A stretch of 64,000 bases of DNA from Geosiphon pyriformis uo1 (lineage: Eukaryota > Fungi > Glomeromycota), in NCBI GenBank assembly GCA_016748015.1, contig JAAOMT010000502.1:186001-250000 (forward strand), given 5' to 3'. The translations under genes and the position numbers were made by a program. The notes below the pieces were generated by a model, which was not told the DNA's origin, made no database searches, and saw only the letters and a program-made list of their open reading frames with translations. Positions 1 to 13,649 of this stretch are shown piece after piece (position 1 is the stretch's first letter; each line of letters opens with the position of its first letter).

Positions 1-299
1 AAAATAAATTTATTTACATATTCTTATAAGAATCATTAAATAGTTTATGTAATATTAAAAAAACTTGTAAGAGTTATTTGTTTTTGTTTATCTTATATTT
101 TTTTATAAAGTATACATTTAATATAAGCAAACTTAATAATTGCATTATAAAATTTTTTGCTATTAAGCTCTATAAACTGTTTAAGATTTGTAATAACAGT
201 TAGTGTATTTTTAATACTTATTATTTTTTGTACTTTTGTTTTTTATTAAAGCTATCATGTTTTATTTTACAATTTATTATAATATAATTTACAATCTTA

Positions 300-1560
300 T
301 TATTATCCAAATAATTCAAAATAATTGTATTGTATTTTCCAAATAGATTTACCAACTCTTTAATTAATAAGTATATACAATTTAGTTATATGCAATTAAA
401 TTTTTTGTAATCCTTAATTTTTTCTGATATTATTTCTTAATTATAATTAGCTATTATTTCTAAGTTTGTAGTTTATTCTAAAAGTTGTTATTTGTATTAA
501 TTAAAAAAATGCCAAATTTGTGTCAGCAATAAACAATTATTTTATTTAAAACATTTTTTCTTGTTTTATAAATTAGACACATTATTTAAAGTTAGTTAAT
601 TATATAATATTATCAATATTATTATTAAAAAAATTTAATACATGGTAAAAAAAATGATAATAATAATATGCTTTAAAACAATAAATAATTCTAATATCTA
701 TAGACTGAATATGTACTGTTAAGTTAGATGTAAACTATTCTATATAAATATTTGTAATAAATCTTATATTATAATTGTATTAGTAAAATTGTCTATTAAT
801 AATAATATATTTTGGTTTTTTTATGTAGCTGATAATCCTAATTAACAAATTATTATTGAAAAATATTACTAATCATTTAAACACAAGTGTTTGAATAATA
901 CTGAAAACCAAGTTGTTTTTCTGTTTTCTTTTAAAAACAGCATAAATATTTAGCATAACTAATAATAAGTGGTGGCAAATACTTAATTTTATTAGTATTA
1001 GTTGGAAAAACAAATGTTAATTACATTTTTGATTGTTTGATACTATAATATAATATTGTAGTAAAATCTTAATTTAGTAATATAACATAAAATAATATAG
1101 TTTTATCTATATTAAAAATAGTATATAACTTTTAATTAGCAAAAAATGTTATTATATACATTTATTTATCTTCAATATACTTAATATTGACTAATAATAC
1201 TCATTATAAAAATAAAGTAAATACAATTTAATATGGTTTTTAAAGCTTTCAAACCAGTTATTAAATAGTTTTTGGCACTTATTTTTTGGAATATTCAATT
1301 AATTATAGAACTTTATATCAATAGCTAAAATTACATCTTTAATAAATATTATTTTATGTAATTTTGCCTCTTAAACAAAAATAACAAATTCTTTATCAAA
1401 GTTTAGATTACATATTATATATATATGCTTGCTAGTCAAGTCATGTATTGTATTTATTTATGGATAAAAATTTGGTTTATTTTTGATTTAAGCCAAAACT
1501 AAAAACTGTTTTATGTATAAAAAACCATTTTTTTTAAAGTGTCTTATAGTTTTTGATTGG
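300..1560 (-). mobile_element. Degenerate pogo/Tigger (CENP-B-like HTH + DDE_1) transposase relic
   Basis: Minus-strand translation gives 'LFNNWFESFKN' (HTH_Tnp_Tc5 'SNGWLESFK'), 'IFNIDKTILFY' (~1090-1120; 'xFNMDETGLFY'), 'YLPPLIISYAK' ('KLPPLIIGKS') and 'HIQSIDIRIIYCFKAYY' (~665-715; 'HLQPxDAGIIRxFKAHY'). Many stops; deviations are mostly C->T/G->A. Confidence 0.75.
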
Positions 1561-1735
1561 TTTTTATTATTTGTATGATATTAATTAAGCATTATAAGCT
1601 TATTATAAAATATAGTATTTTTATAACTTTGTAAAATACAAGCTAAAAAAATAATATGTTTTTTACTATTAGACATAGTAAAATTAAAAAACAAAAAAAA
1701 AACTTTAATCACATAAAACTAATCCAAAAATTCGA

Positions 1736-2105
1736 TTTGATTACTTACACAATTAATAATAATTTAAAACTTAAAACAATTTAAAACTTTAATTTGATTA
1801 CTTATATAATTAATAATAATTTAGAGCTTAAAATAATTTAAAACTTTGACTTGATTGCTTATATAATTGATAATAATTTAGAACTTGAAACAATTTAAAA
1901 CTCCAACTTAATTATTCATACAATTAATAATAATTTAGAACTTAGAACAATTTAAAACTCTAATTTGATTACTTATATAATTAATGATAATTTAAAACTT
2001 GAGACAATTTAAAATTCTGACTTAATTACTTATATAATTGATAATAATTTAAAACTTAAAACAATTTAAAACTCTGACTTGATTATTTATATAATTAATA
2101 ATTAT
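1736..2105. repeat. 57-bp tandem repeat, 6 full copies plus one partial
   Basis: Units start at 1736, 1793, 1850, 1907, 1964, 2021 and 2078 (exact 57-bp period, no indels). The most GC-rich reconstruction is CTTGATTGCTCACACAATTGATGATAATTTAGAGCTTGGGACAATTTAAAACTCCGA. Confidence 0.95.
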
Positions 2106-2399
2106 TTTGTTGAATAAATAATATTATATTATTATATTGTATTTTTAATTATGAAAATATTGATTTGCTTTACTATAATTTTATAAAAATTAGCAGTATT
2201 TAAACTAAATCTAATACTTGAAATAATCCATATTAATAGTAAAAAGTTATGAATTATTAAGTATTACAGATATAAATTATAAACATGAGAATTTTTTAAC
2301 TACTAAATTGATAAATTCAAAATGCTATAATTTATTACAAGTTATGAGTTATTTTAATATGAATTATCTTAAGTTTGACTGTATATTAATTTGTGAAAT

Positions 2400-3450
2400 T
2401 AATAATTTGGTTTTAAAATAATAATATTTTAATTAATCTTTATATGCAATTTTTGCTAAAATTTTGTTATCAAGTTTTAACTTGTATAATCTATTGTTTA
2501 GAACTTTATAAATATAAATAGTCTTTTTTATTAATGATTAAATTTTCCACTTTATTATTTTTAGTCTTAGTTCTGTTTAAGAAAACTTTATTTTTAATTT
2601 TGAATTTATTAGTTTATTATCATGTTGTTTTTTTTGTTGAGCTTGAAAGTATTCAATATAAGTGGCTACAATTTGTTTTTTTTAATGTGTTAAAAAGAGT
2701 GTAAACTCTTTATTAAAGTGTTTTTTGGAAGTTTTTTTTGTAATTGGTTATACTGAGTATATTTTTATAGTAAAATTAATCAATAATATTGTTATTTCTT
2801 TATAAATCAAATTAAATAATATGTACTTTATTGTGTCTTGTTTTAGTATTTTATATACTAATAACATTAATAAAATAAAGATATTTTATTCTTATTTAAA
2901 GTTAGTTGAGATTTTGGCTAATAATTCATATAATGTTTAATTAAGTTATTTTACATGTCTATTTTTTTATAAATAATATAGTAATAATAAAAATTATTTA
3001 ATGTTAAATTGTTTACAAATTTTTTGTATCAAGTTATTTACAAAATATGTTTTTTGGTTGGATAAAAGTTTGATTAAACATTTATGTCTATAAATAATGT
3101 TTTTATAGATAAAAATTGTTATTAATTTGTATTTACTTGTTAAATAGTTTTGGCTTCAAGCTATTTGGTAAGATAATCTATTACAATTAAAATATAAAAA
3201 TTTTCTTAGATTGTGATAGGTAATGATTTAACTAAATTAATTCTAATTCTGTCAAAAAATTGTTCAATTTTAATTGGATTTAAAAGTTTAATAAAATAAG
3301 TTCTTTTTTTTAACAACTATTACAAGATTTTTATATATTGTTAAATATTTTTTTGCATATATGGCCAAAAATAATGTTCAAGTATTTTTTGAATAGTATT
3401 ATTTTTCTTTAAATATATTGATAAGAAATCTGTATATATGTTGTATAAAA
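2400..3450 (-). mobile_element. Degenerate Ty3/gypsy integrase region
   Basis: 'ILEHYFWPYMQKNI*QYIK..CNSC' (H2C2 zinc-binding), 'FDRIRINLVKSLPIT...IVIDYLTK*LEAK' (rve core 'GIDLVGPLP...DYLTKWPEA') and a C-terminal 'IYKVLNNRLYKLKLDNKIL'. Confidence 0.85.
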
Positions 3451-4325
3451 TTGTTTTTTTTTGGTTTATTGTATTAATCTGAGTAAATTGTTTAGGTTTA
3501 GCAATTTCAATAGTAAATTTTGTTGTAATATAAAAAATATTGTTTTATTTGGTATTGTAATTAGTGTTTTTTGGTTAGAAACTAATTTTTTGGCATGGTA
3601 AAAATTTTCAAATAGTTTTTAATATTGTTTTAGTTTTTAAAATCTATTGTTTATTAATTGTTGTTTGTTGAGTTAATAAATTTATTAGTGTTGTTTTTAA
3701 TTTTGCCTTATTTTTGAAAAGCTATTTATATTAATATTATTATCCAAATAGAAAAATCAATTCGAAAAATATTGGAAAAAATATGATTAAAAACATAATA
3801 ACTTAGAAAAATATAATAATACAAAATAATACAGAATAATGTATTATAACTTAAGATAATATAAGATAACACACAATAACACAAAATTATTAATTATAAT
3901 ATAAGATAACCAGTTATAATAAAAAAAATAAAGCAATAACAAAAATAGTAAGCAATAATTAGTAATAACAAATAATTGAAAGCAATTTTGTAAAACTAAA
4001 AATATGTATAAAAACAAGTAGTTTTAGCAAAAAAGAAAAAAACAGACAAAAAAACAGATAGATAGAAAAATATATTCTTTTATTCATATTTGTTAGATCT
4101 ATTTTATTTATATATTTATATTACTTTAAATAAAAAAAATATTCAAAACTCATACTTACTTCTATATAATTCACAAATTTTGTGTTTAATCTGAATTAAT
4201 TATTTTTTTACTTTTATTTCTGGCCAGATGTTTTTAGCATAAAACTGTCTTAAACAATAACAACTTGAATCAATTGCTCCTAATTATAACAATTAACAAA
4301 ACTAATTTTTTTTTATTTTTCTATT

Positions 4326-4327
<2 letters not shown>

Positions 4328-4360
<33 letters not shown>

Positions 4361-4725
4361 TGGAGTAATAATATTATAAAATTAACTGTCTAAGAATAAA
4401 CTTTGTAATAGCCTAGTAAAAAAGGAAAGCTTTTTTTAAGATTAGATATTAACATTATCTTATTAATTTATTAGGAAAACAAAAAGACACTGTTAGACTC
4501 TAGTGACTGTATTTAACTAGCTTAAAGAAGATAACTTATATACTTAAGTTACAAGCAGCCAAATATTTTTTTGTGCTTTATAATCAAAAAACTTTATAGA
4601 TAAAACTAACAAAAAAAACCTTTAAAGATTGATATCAATAACTTATCTCAAGTATCCAAAATAGAAATCTCAAACTTCTCTTATTCAAATTTAGAGCACC
4701 AAATATTATCACAATATTTTACTAA
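4328..4725 (-). mobile_element. Probable 5'-truncated LINE 3' end with poly(A) tail, between the gypsy RNase H and integrase
   Basis: T32 run at 4328-4359 (poly(A) on the minus strand). The adjacent ~360 bp starts abruptly after the gypsy RNase H and reads 'CDNIWCSKFE', similar to the 'IWxxR' motif at LINE ORF2 C-termini. Confidence 0.5.
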
Positions 4726-7700
4726 GTTTATCCATAACAATGTGTAATTTTTCTGGTTTGTAGTAAACAATATATTTGTAGTTAACTAAAAAGTTAATCT
4801 ATTAAGATTGTTTGATATTAAATTCTGCATTCTTTTTGCTAAGTTATTTGAGGTTAATATTGTCAGTAATAATGTCAAATTTTTTTTTATAGGTACTGTT
4901 GAAAATATTTGAGAGCCCAAATAACAGCTGCTGTTTTTAATTCAATAAAGCCATATTTGAGTTCTGTAAATTTGAGTGTTTTGCTAGCATATACAATAAT
5001 TTGTTTATTGCTATTATTATTTAATTGTGATAAGATAACACCAAATACTATATATAAAGCATTAATAACTAATTGAAACTGTTTGTTAAAGCTAAGATAA
5101 ACAAAAATTAAAGCTGTTGTTAATTTTTCTTTTGAAGTATTAAAGGCTTTTTATTGAGTTAATATCTATTAGTATTTTATGTTTTTGTTAATTAGGTAAT
5201 TGAAAAATTTGGTGATTATGAAAAAATTTTTAATAAACTTTTTATAATACAAGACTAATTTAGTGAATTCTCTTAATTCAATAGTGTTTTAAAAAACTTT
5301 GAAGTTTTATATAGTACTGATTTTTCTTAGATCTGGCTTAATTCTATTTTTGTTAATAATATAGTCAAGAAAAACCAAACTTGTTTTTCTTAAATAATAT
5401 TTTACAATATTTAATTTTAATTTTGCTTTTTGTAATTTTTGAAATACTTCTTATAAGTAGACCAAATAAGCTTTAAAAATTGAAAAGTAAACATTAGTAT
5501 TGTTGAGATAAATAATTATTAATTGTTATAAAAATTTTTTATAAACAATATTTATGAATTATTAAAATGTTGTTGGTATATTATAGAGTTTAAAAATATT
5601 ATAATAAATTTGTAGTTCTTTTTTTAGGTGGTAAATACTATTTTTAAATAATTTTTGAGATCTATTTTACTTGTTAGTATCTGTTTTCCAAGTCTAAAAT
5701 TAAGAAAAATTTGGTTTTTTATAAAGTATTTAATATATTGTCAATTTTTGAAAAAAAAACATTTTTAATTGTTATATTGTTAAGTTGATAATAATTTACA
5801 CAAAATCAAAATTTTCTGTTTTTTTTTATTAAAACTATTAGTAAAGCCCAAAAGCTTCTTAAAAATTAAATAAAACTACTATTAAGCATTTATTGAATCT
5901 TTTTTTTGATAAATTGATAACTAACAAATAGAATTTAATATGTTTATTGACATTTTAGTAGAATATCTTTTATGTAGATTTGGTATTGAATAATATTTGT
6001 TTTTTCTAGATTATTGTTGTTTTTAGTAAATATATTAGTGTATTTAGTAATAAGTTGTTTCAATTGTCTTTGTTGTTAAGGTTCTAAAGAATTTATATTA
6101 ATTCAGACAAATTTTTTTTCAATAATATAATAGTTTTCAGTACTTAAAGTAATGTTTAGATTTGAAAAAAGTGTGTATTTTACAATTTCAATAAAATTTA
6201 AAACAATTTAAAAGATTTCTTTCTAAAAAAATATTGTTATATATAATTTTAATTTTCAATCTATTTAATAAAACAATAAAGTAATTGTCAAGATTATAAA
6301 ATATTACTTAAAACTTTTTTATTTTGATTCTTTTGCTGGTTAAGAATAATTAAAAAACAATTTGAACTATTGCTTTTAGTAGAATTTTAAGTGCAATTTT
6401 GAAGTTAATTAAAAAACCATGTATTTTTTTCAAAATATTATAAATTATATTCTGTATTGATTTTATAAGCTTTTTTTGGTTTAATTCTTTAGTTATTATT
6501 ATCAGAATACTTAAATTATATAATAGATTGGTTTTTAAGTAAATAAATTAAAGTAGTTAATAATCTTATTTTTGGTTTTTATTTTCTAAATTTGATTTTA
6601 TATTTATTATTTTTGCTGGGTAAAAAAATGCTAAAAATATAGTATTCTAAATATTATTTATTATTATAAAGTATGATATATTTTTTGCACAATTGAATAT
6701 TTATTGATTCTAATTATTAAATTTAGATTTTTTGGATCAGATAATTGTAACTGGTAATTTAATAATATATTTTTTTTTATCTTTATAGTTAAATCTGACT
6801 AATTTTATTATGTATTTAATATATTTAGCTTTTTTCATTTAGTAAACATTTTTCTGGATGGCTTTATTAATTAAAGCTATAATAAAATTATAGATTATTT
6901 TGGCATTATATAAATAATAATAAAGTTTGTTAAAAACACTATTATATACTATATTAAAAAGAGTTTTTTTTTTACTTTTTTTAAAATTAACAAAAAATAT
7001 TAACAAGTTTAATTACAAACTTTTCTTTTCATTGTAACATCAATCTAGTTGTATTTTTTAAGTAATAGTTTTTTACATATAAAGCAAAAAATTTGGTCTT
7101 ATTTTCTATTTTTTTAACTAGAATTTAATATTAGAATATATCCATAACTAAAACTTTAATTAAAATAATGATTTTATTAATTGTGAAAAGAAAATTTTCA
7201 ATTTTTTTTAAAGTTTTTTTTAAAGTTTTTTTCATATTATTGGCGGTAATAATTACTGTTTGGGCTAATCAGTTAACATTTTATTAAAGTTGCTGTATTA
7301 ATTAATAAATAATAATGCTTCTAATAGATTTGTTATCTAAGATTAATCAAATTGGTTTTTCTTTAACTTTTGTTTTAGTATACATAGTAGTAATTGCTTT
7401 TTATTCTATAATAGCTGTATTGTTAAGCAAAAATAGTAATTTATTCACTTTGAATTTGAATAAAAAAATATTTAAAAGATTGGCATTTTTGGTAATCTTA
7501 GTTAGTAAAATAGTGTAATTATTGTTAAAAAAGATTTGTTTTATTGCTGTAACTTTAACTTTAAAAAGTACAGTTTGTTAAAAATCTAATTTTTTAGATA
7601 ACTAAGTTAAGTATAATAGTATATAGGTCTTTACTACAAATTACTTTGAGAAACCAATAGATTGTTGTAATTAAATCTGTTGTTATTTATTAAAAATTAG

Positions 7701-9700
7701 TTTTGAAGTAAAATTGGTTTTGTTAAATCAATTTTTTAACAAATATTTAATATTGTTAAACAAGTAGTAGTTATTAATACTGTTGTAAAATTGGTTGTAA
7801 AGCAAATTAATAATAATTATTCTAATATTAAGATTTTGGAAAATAATATACTAATAGTAAGTATTAATAATATTATTAATTATTTTTTGCTTGTTGGTTT
7901 TGTTATATTTCTCAACAATTTTGTTTTTAGTGTTCTGAAATTTTACAGTAATAACAGTTTTGAGATTAATTATTAAATAATAATAAATAGTTGTTTTGAT
8001 TGTACTATTAATATAGCTTGTATTTTTGTTGCTGTTATAATTGTTAATTAGTAAAATAGTTTTTGACTTTTTTAGTCAATTAGTCAATTTTTTTTTCAGC
8101 TGCTAAGCTGGTTTTTTTAATAATTATATTGACAAGTTTAATACAGTTGGTCTTTTCTATGGTTATTTTATAGACTTTAGCATATTAAATAACAATTATT
8201 AAATATTTTAAAGCATGTGAACAAACTTTTTTAATTAATTTGTCTTTTAATTTAGTAATAAATTGGTTTAAAATTTGAGTATTAGAATAGTAATTGTTGG
8301 TCTTTAACTAACAAATTTGTTAGAAAAGTTTATTAAACTTCTTAAGATAGGTCATAACAGATTTAAAGAGTTTTTGTTTAATGTTTTAAAATTAATTTCG
8401 AAAAGTAATAAAAATGTTGTTGTTTGTAAACTGTTTTAAGAAAGCATTTTTAAATGTTTGTTAATTTTTAAATAGTTTATTTAAGTTTTTAAACTATTTT
8501 TCTGCTGTTTCTTAGAAAAAGTAAGAAATTGCTTCTAATATTTTTGCTATATTCTATTTATTAGTATCATCTGCTTTTAAGACTTTATTAAGCTATTTTT
8601 GAAGACTGGTGTTAATATTTTCTTCTATAAATTTAGTGATTTTTATAATATAAATAATTGTCATTTTTTTTGTACATTCATTTTTAGCAGTTTTTTCTCA
8701 GTGAATTCAGAAATGTTTTTATTGGTACTTGTATTGTTAAAGTAATTATTCTGGTTTTTTGCTAAAAAATTGAGAAGATTTATGCTAGTAAAAATTTGTT
8801 CTGGCTGTTGGATTAAACTTTTTGGTAATGTAAAATTTTCTAGTTTCAAAAAACGATTAAATGATAAATTCAATGTCTGAGCTTGAGCAAATAAAACTGA
8901 AAATGGTGTAATAGAAAGTGGTAATTTGATACTGGTTTCTTATTCTGGTGTTTATAAGTGTTTAATAGCTATTCTTGATATATTGTAAGTGATGTAGTTA
9001 ATTTAAGATGGTTTTTTCTTTTGTTTTTTTTTCCAGCTTCTGGTTCTAATTCTAAATTAAAAGAGAATTTAGATTGTACTAAGTATTTTTTTTCACAATA
9101 TTAAAAAATGTTGTAGTCAAGTTCTTGAAAATATGTGTAAAAGATTTCGTTGTTGCAATTTTCAGTGCTTATACAAGATAGTATAATAAGTTTTTATAAA
9201 GATTACTTTTGATTTCTGAAACATTGTAGTTTCCAAAAAAATAATTGTTAATATGATTTTTAATGTATTAATAAAGTGTTTTCTTAAATATTTCAATTCT
9301 ATTTTGAATATTAAATTTTTGTTTACAATAAGTATAAATTGATTAATAATACTTTAAAGTTATTGTGTTTGCTAGAATTTCTACTTTAAAGTTGTTGCTG
9401 TATTAATTCGTGAAAAAGCACCAAATATTACTGATAATTTTTGGTCTTTTTTTGAATGTTATGAATATTGTTTTTGTTGTTAATTTATAATTACTAAAAG
9501 CAGTTAAATCTTTGATAACTGAATTTATTTTCAAATTATAGAAAATAATTTAAACTACTGGGCTTATTACTACTCTTCCGAATTTTTTATTATTTTTTGG
9601 TTTTTCAATTCATATTATTAATATTTTATGTTATGTTTTATTTTATTGAATAAGATATTAATTTTATTATCTGATTTTGTTTTTATTATGGTGCTAATTA
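4725..9700 (-). mobile_element. Degenerate Ty3/gypsy LTR retrotransposon internal region: gag - protease - dUTPase - RT - RNase H
   Basis: Gag ~8150-8630 ('TFKNAFLKQFTNNN...KSVMTYLKKFNKL...ILNQFITKLKDKL'). Protease ~7050-7400 ('LILDNKSIRSII' for LILDSGSAGSII). dUTPase ~6310-6480. RT ~5340-5870 ('FWALLIVLIKK..FCVNYYQLN', 'LDLENRY*Q', YLNN at 5499-5510 for YLDD). RNase H ~4725-5150 ('VINALY..FGVILSQ..IVYASKTL..ELKTAAVIWALKYF..ITDN'). Integrase lies further downstream on the same strand, giving gypsy order. Confidence 0.9.
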
Positions 9701-10099
9701 AATAATAAAAAGTATTATATTGTTAAAGATTGGTTTCAAAAATAGTGTTTTAATTAATTAAATATTTTAATTATGTTTTCTTATGAACTCTTTTATAATT
9801 TTTTTATTTTTACTTTTAAAATAAGCTTTTAAATATCACACTTTTTTGATGACTTTTTAAAAAAATTCTAGTTATTCTTTGGTTAAATAGTTTATTTTTT
9901 GGTCTCAATTTATTTTTTGTGTTTTAAATATCAATTTAATTTAATTTTTTATAAAACTTCTATTAAGACTGGTTTTTGTTTAAAAATAAATAGTAATAAT
10001 AATTTGTTTAATATTTTTTTTGTTTTTCTAAATACTAAAATAATCTATACAATTATATATATACTATAGTTAGTAATAATATATATAATTATATATATT

Positions 10100-11700
10100 G
10101 CTAAAAAAAAGTATTGTTATTACTAAAAAGATTCCCAAAATTGTGTCTTTTTTTTAATAATAACAGTTACAATTTTTAAATTTTTAAAGTTATTTAAGTT
10201 TTTTTATTATGTCTAAAATTAGAATACTTTTAATAACTTAAAATTAAATTTAACAAATACTATTTTATCTATTTTTATTATAAAAGATAAAACTTTTTTA
10301 GCCATCTTTTTTTTAAATCTAAATAAAAATTATTTTTTAATAAAGCCATTTTTAATTCAAAAAAACTTATTATAGTCATATATACAAATATTAAAGTTAA
10401 TAAACTTATTATCAAGTTAATTTTAGATAATAATTTAATAAACAGTATTATTAAACAGTTTATAAATTAATTAGGTATTAAATTGAATAAGCTGTTAATA
10501 TAAACCTTAATAGAGCCATAAAAATTTTAATTAATAAAATTAATATTTTTTTTGAAATTAATAATAATATTATATTTATTAAAAGAAATTATACAATATT
10601 AAATACTTATTAGTAATAATTGGTTGTTCAAAATAAATTTTATAATCGATTAAAATACTTAAAAATTTTAGTTAGAATACAATAAATAATACATACAAGT
10701 ATTAACAATCTGTACTTATTTTAAAACAACTATTATCAAAATATTTTTTATAAAATTTAAAAAAAAATTTATGTTTAAAATTTATTAAGTTTTGTGAACT
10801 AATAATTTTAGAACTGGTTTATTTTTATTATTAATTTAAAAAAAAAGACAAAAAAAACTACAAATAAGTTTTTTAATATACTTATTACTATATTAAAAAA
10901 ATTAATTAATCAATATATATTAATACAAAATATTAAAAAATTTAAAGTATTAATATTTAAAGCTAAAATATTTTAATTGTAAAAAAAATTGTTATCTATA
11001 AAAACATATTATAATAATAATAAAAAATAACAAATATTACTGTTAATTATATATACTTAACAATTTAGCCAGCCAAAAAAACAAAACAAATAAGACAATA
11101 AATCATGTTTTATTTATAATACTACTTTATTTAACAAAAAAATATGGAATAACATTTTTTTAAAAAAAAATATATTATAAATTATATTAATACACAATAT
11201 TTATTAATAATTAAATCAGAAAAAAACTGTTTTTATAGTTGTTTATAATTAAATTCTTTATATTTAAACAGTTATTTATAATAAATATAAAATTAAAAAA
11301 ATAACAATCATAAAAATCAATAGTATTATTTTAAAAAAAATTTATAATTAAACACATATTTATTTATAATTTTACTAAAAATTTATCTTTTATATTACTT
11401 AATAATTTAGTTAAGTTTAATATATATTATTAATTTTTAGTATTAATTAAAAAAACAAAAGCAATATTTATAAAATTTAAACACCAAACTTTATAATTAT
11501 TATTATTTTTTTTTAAATTTAATAAGTATAATTTAACTATTACTTAGAATTTTAAAACAAACTAAGTGTTTTAAACTAACTGTAATTTACATATTTTTAT
11601 ATATAACTAGTTATTTGAACCAGTTCAGACTATATTATATTGCTACAATAAAAATAAATTTATTCAAAGCTGATATTTTTTATACTATATCAAATATATT
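10100..11700 (+). mobile_element. Second degenerate Ty3/gypsy fragment (protease region), opposite orientation
   Basis: ~10360-10450 reads 'KKLIIVIYTNIKVNKLIIKLILDNNLINSII', homologous to the protease at ~7320-7400. It is followed by 'LISNNWLFKINF', similar to the 'LxGxDWL' protease C-terminal motif. Confidence 0.7.
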
Positions 11701-11729
11701 AATATTATCTATGCAGCACTTTTTTTTCA

Positions 11730-13640
11730 GTTAAATCACTTTTTTCTCTAACTTAATAATAACTTTGCTAAAAAAACTTATATAAACTATAAATTCATTA
11801 ATTTTAAAGTTAAAAACACTGTTTAAAATCAAATCATTATTGATAAACTGTTTAAATGTTGTAATCAAAAAGCTAACAGACTTAACAATTAATCCAACCA
11901 ATACAGAAGATTTAGTCAGATCAAATTTTAAAAAAGACAACCAAAACAACACTAAAAAGTTATTAACAACAACAAAAAAAAAGATAATAGTTGTTAGAAA
12001 TAGAAAAAAGCTCAAAGAAACAGAAATTTTAACATAAAACTTAGCACTTACAAAATATAATGTAAATATTTTAGAAGTTTTAAGAGAAAAAAGTGGAGAC
12101 ATTTTACAAATTACAGCCAAAATAATTTACTTCTTAAAACAGCACTAACAGTTAAGAGTTTCCTACCAGATACAATACTTTTTTAATATATCAGTTTTGC
12201 TTACAGCAGTATTCAAATCCACTTGAAATCCAAATGTAATTAAAATAAACTGGAAATAAAGACCAGAATTAGAAGAGCAAAAAATAAAATACAATTAATT
12301 ACCAACTTGAAATATTATATTACTAATTTTAAAAGCCATTTAGCCAAAAAAAAAGTTGATCAACTTGGTCTTAAGCTTATTATAAGATATAATAATTTTA
12401 TTTTGATTTATCAAGAGAAAGATCCTAATACTATTTTTATCCATTAAAACCAACCAATAATTTAAAACAAACACAACAAAATTTAATTTATCAAAGTGAA
12501 TTATTATGTATTATTAAACACCAGCAGATTTTAATACAACACAGACAATTTCACTAAACACACCAAAAGCTGTTTTAATATTAGCAATAAATATACTCAA
12601 AAGCATATTATGTAGTATAATAGTATCAAAAAAAGAACCAGTCTTAAAAACCACCAAAAATTTGGCAATTTTGAGAGTAGTCAAGCAAACAGTATTTGTA
12701 AGCTCTATTAAAAAAGCAGTTTTTAAAGACTTTTGAAAAGCAAGCTCCATACAAAAAAGCTTTATATTGTCTTTTAATACCAATTCAACACCCAAAAAAC
12801 CATATACAAACTGAAAAACAGTCTTAATATAAGCCAATTTGATCTTAAAAATAGTATCAAGTACCAAAGTAAAAACCACTTACTTAGCAAATTTTTAATA
12901 ACTAAAAATAGTTTTCCAAGCATTATTAATGATAGTACTAAAAATTAGCAAAAGAAATAATTTAGTTTCTATTTGGTTAGCCCAGTTTTTAAGAATAAAT
13001 AATTCTATAAAAAATAATTGTTTTGCTTTTAAAACTAATAATAATTTGCTAAAAACCATCATATTTGACAACATAGTCAATAGTTAATCTTGGCCTATCT
13101 TGAATTGCATGCTAAATAATACAACAGAGATCTTATCTAAAATTTTATTAGAAATCACAAAAAAGTTTAATATAATAATAGTAAAAACAAATAACTGTTT
13201 CCACTTTTTTGAATTTTTGGTCTTTTTGACTATATTTTTGAAAAACTGATGCTAATAGCACCAAGTATAGAAATTATAGAAGAAAAAACTAGCTTGTTGA
13301 TTGATCTGTTATTAAAAATTTTTGGGTTTTTAAATAGAATGGAGACAACATTAAAATTAATTCAAGTATGTCTTTTTAAAAAAACTTTGACTGGTAAAAA
13401 ACCAGTCAAAAATAAGAAAAATGCTTTAATAGCTACTAAAGACAACTTTTCACGATTATTAGGTAAGAAAAAGGCTTCTAAAACGTTTTGTCTAGTTGCT
13501 TCTACAACAGAAAGAGGTTTTTTGGTTAAAATTTTGTTAAATATCTTAAAAAAAATATTAAATACAGCTTTTTTGCTTTTTGTTCTGGTTGTAGTCATAA
13601 AATTAAGAAGACAAAAAGTTTTTTGTTTATATAATTATTG
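11730..13640 (-). mobile_element. Degenerate LINE ORF1 (RRM-like region plus CCHC knuckle remnant)
   Basis: ORFs 13362-13598, 12895-13080, 12514-12879 and 11731-12120 are co-directional pieces of one broken ORF starting 'MTTTRTKSKK'. There is a Cys remnant 'C*CCFK...LAVIC' at ~12105-12155. The LINE ORF1 assignment rests on recalled similarity. Confidence 0.6.
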
Positions 13641-13649
13641 TTTTATTTT

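Noticed and set aside
1736-2105. CRISPR-like array
   Set aside because: Head-to-tail units with no unique spacers, no cas genes, and a eukaryotic context.
9409-9430. Possible primer-binding site TGGTGCT on the minus strand (similar at ~4693-4705)
   Set aside because: Both lie within stretches that read as degenerate coding sequence ('NIWC'), and no paired LTR could be delimited.
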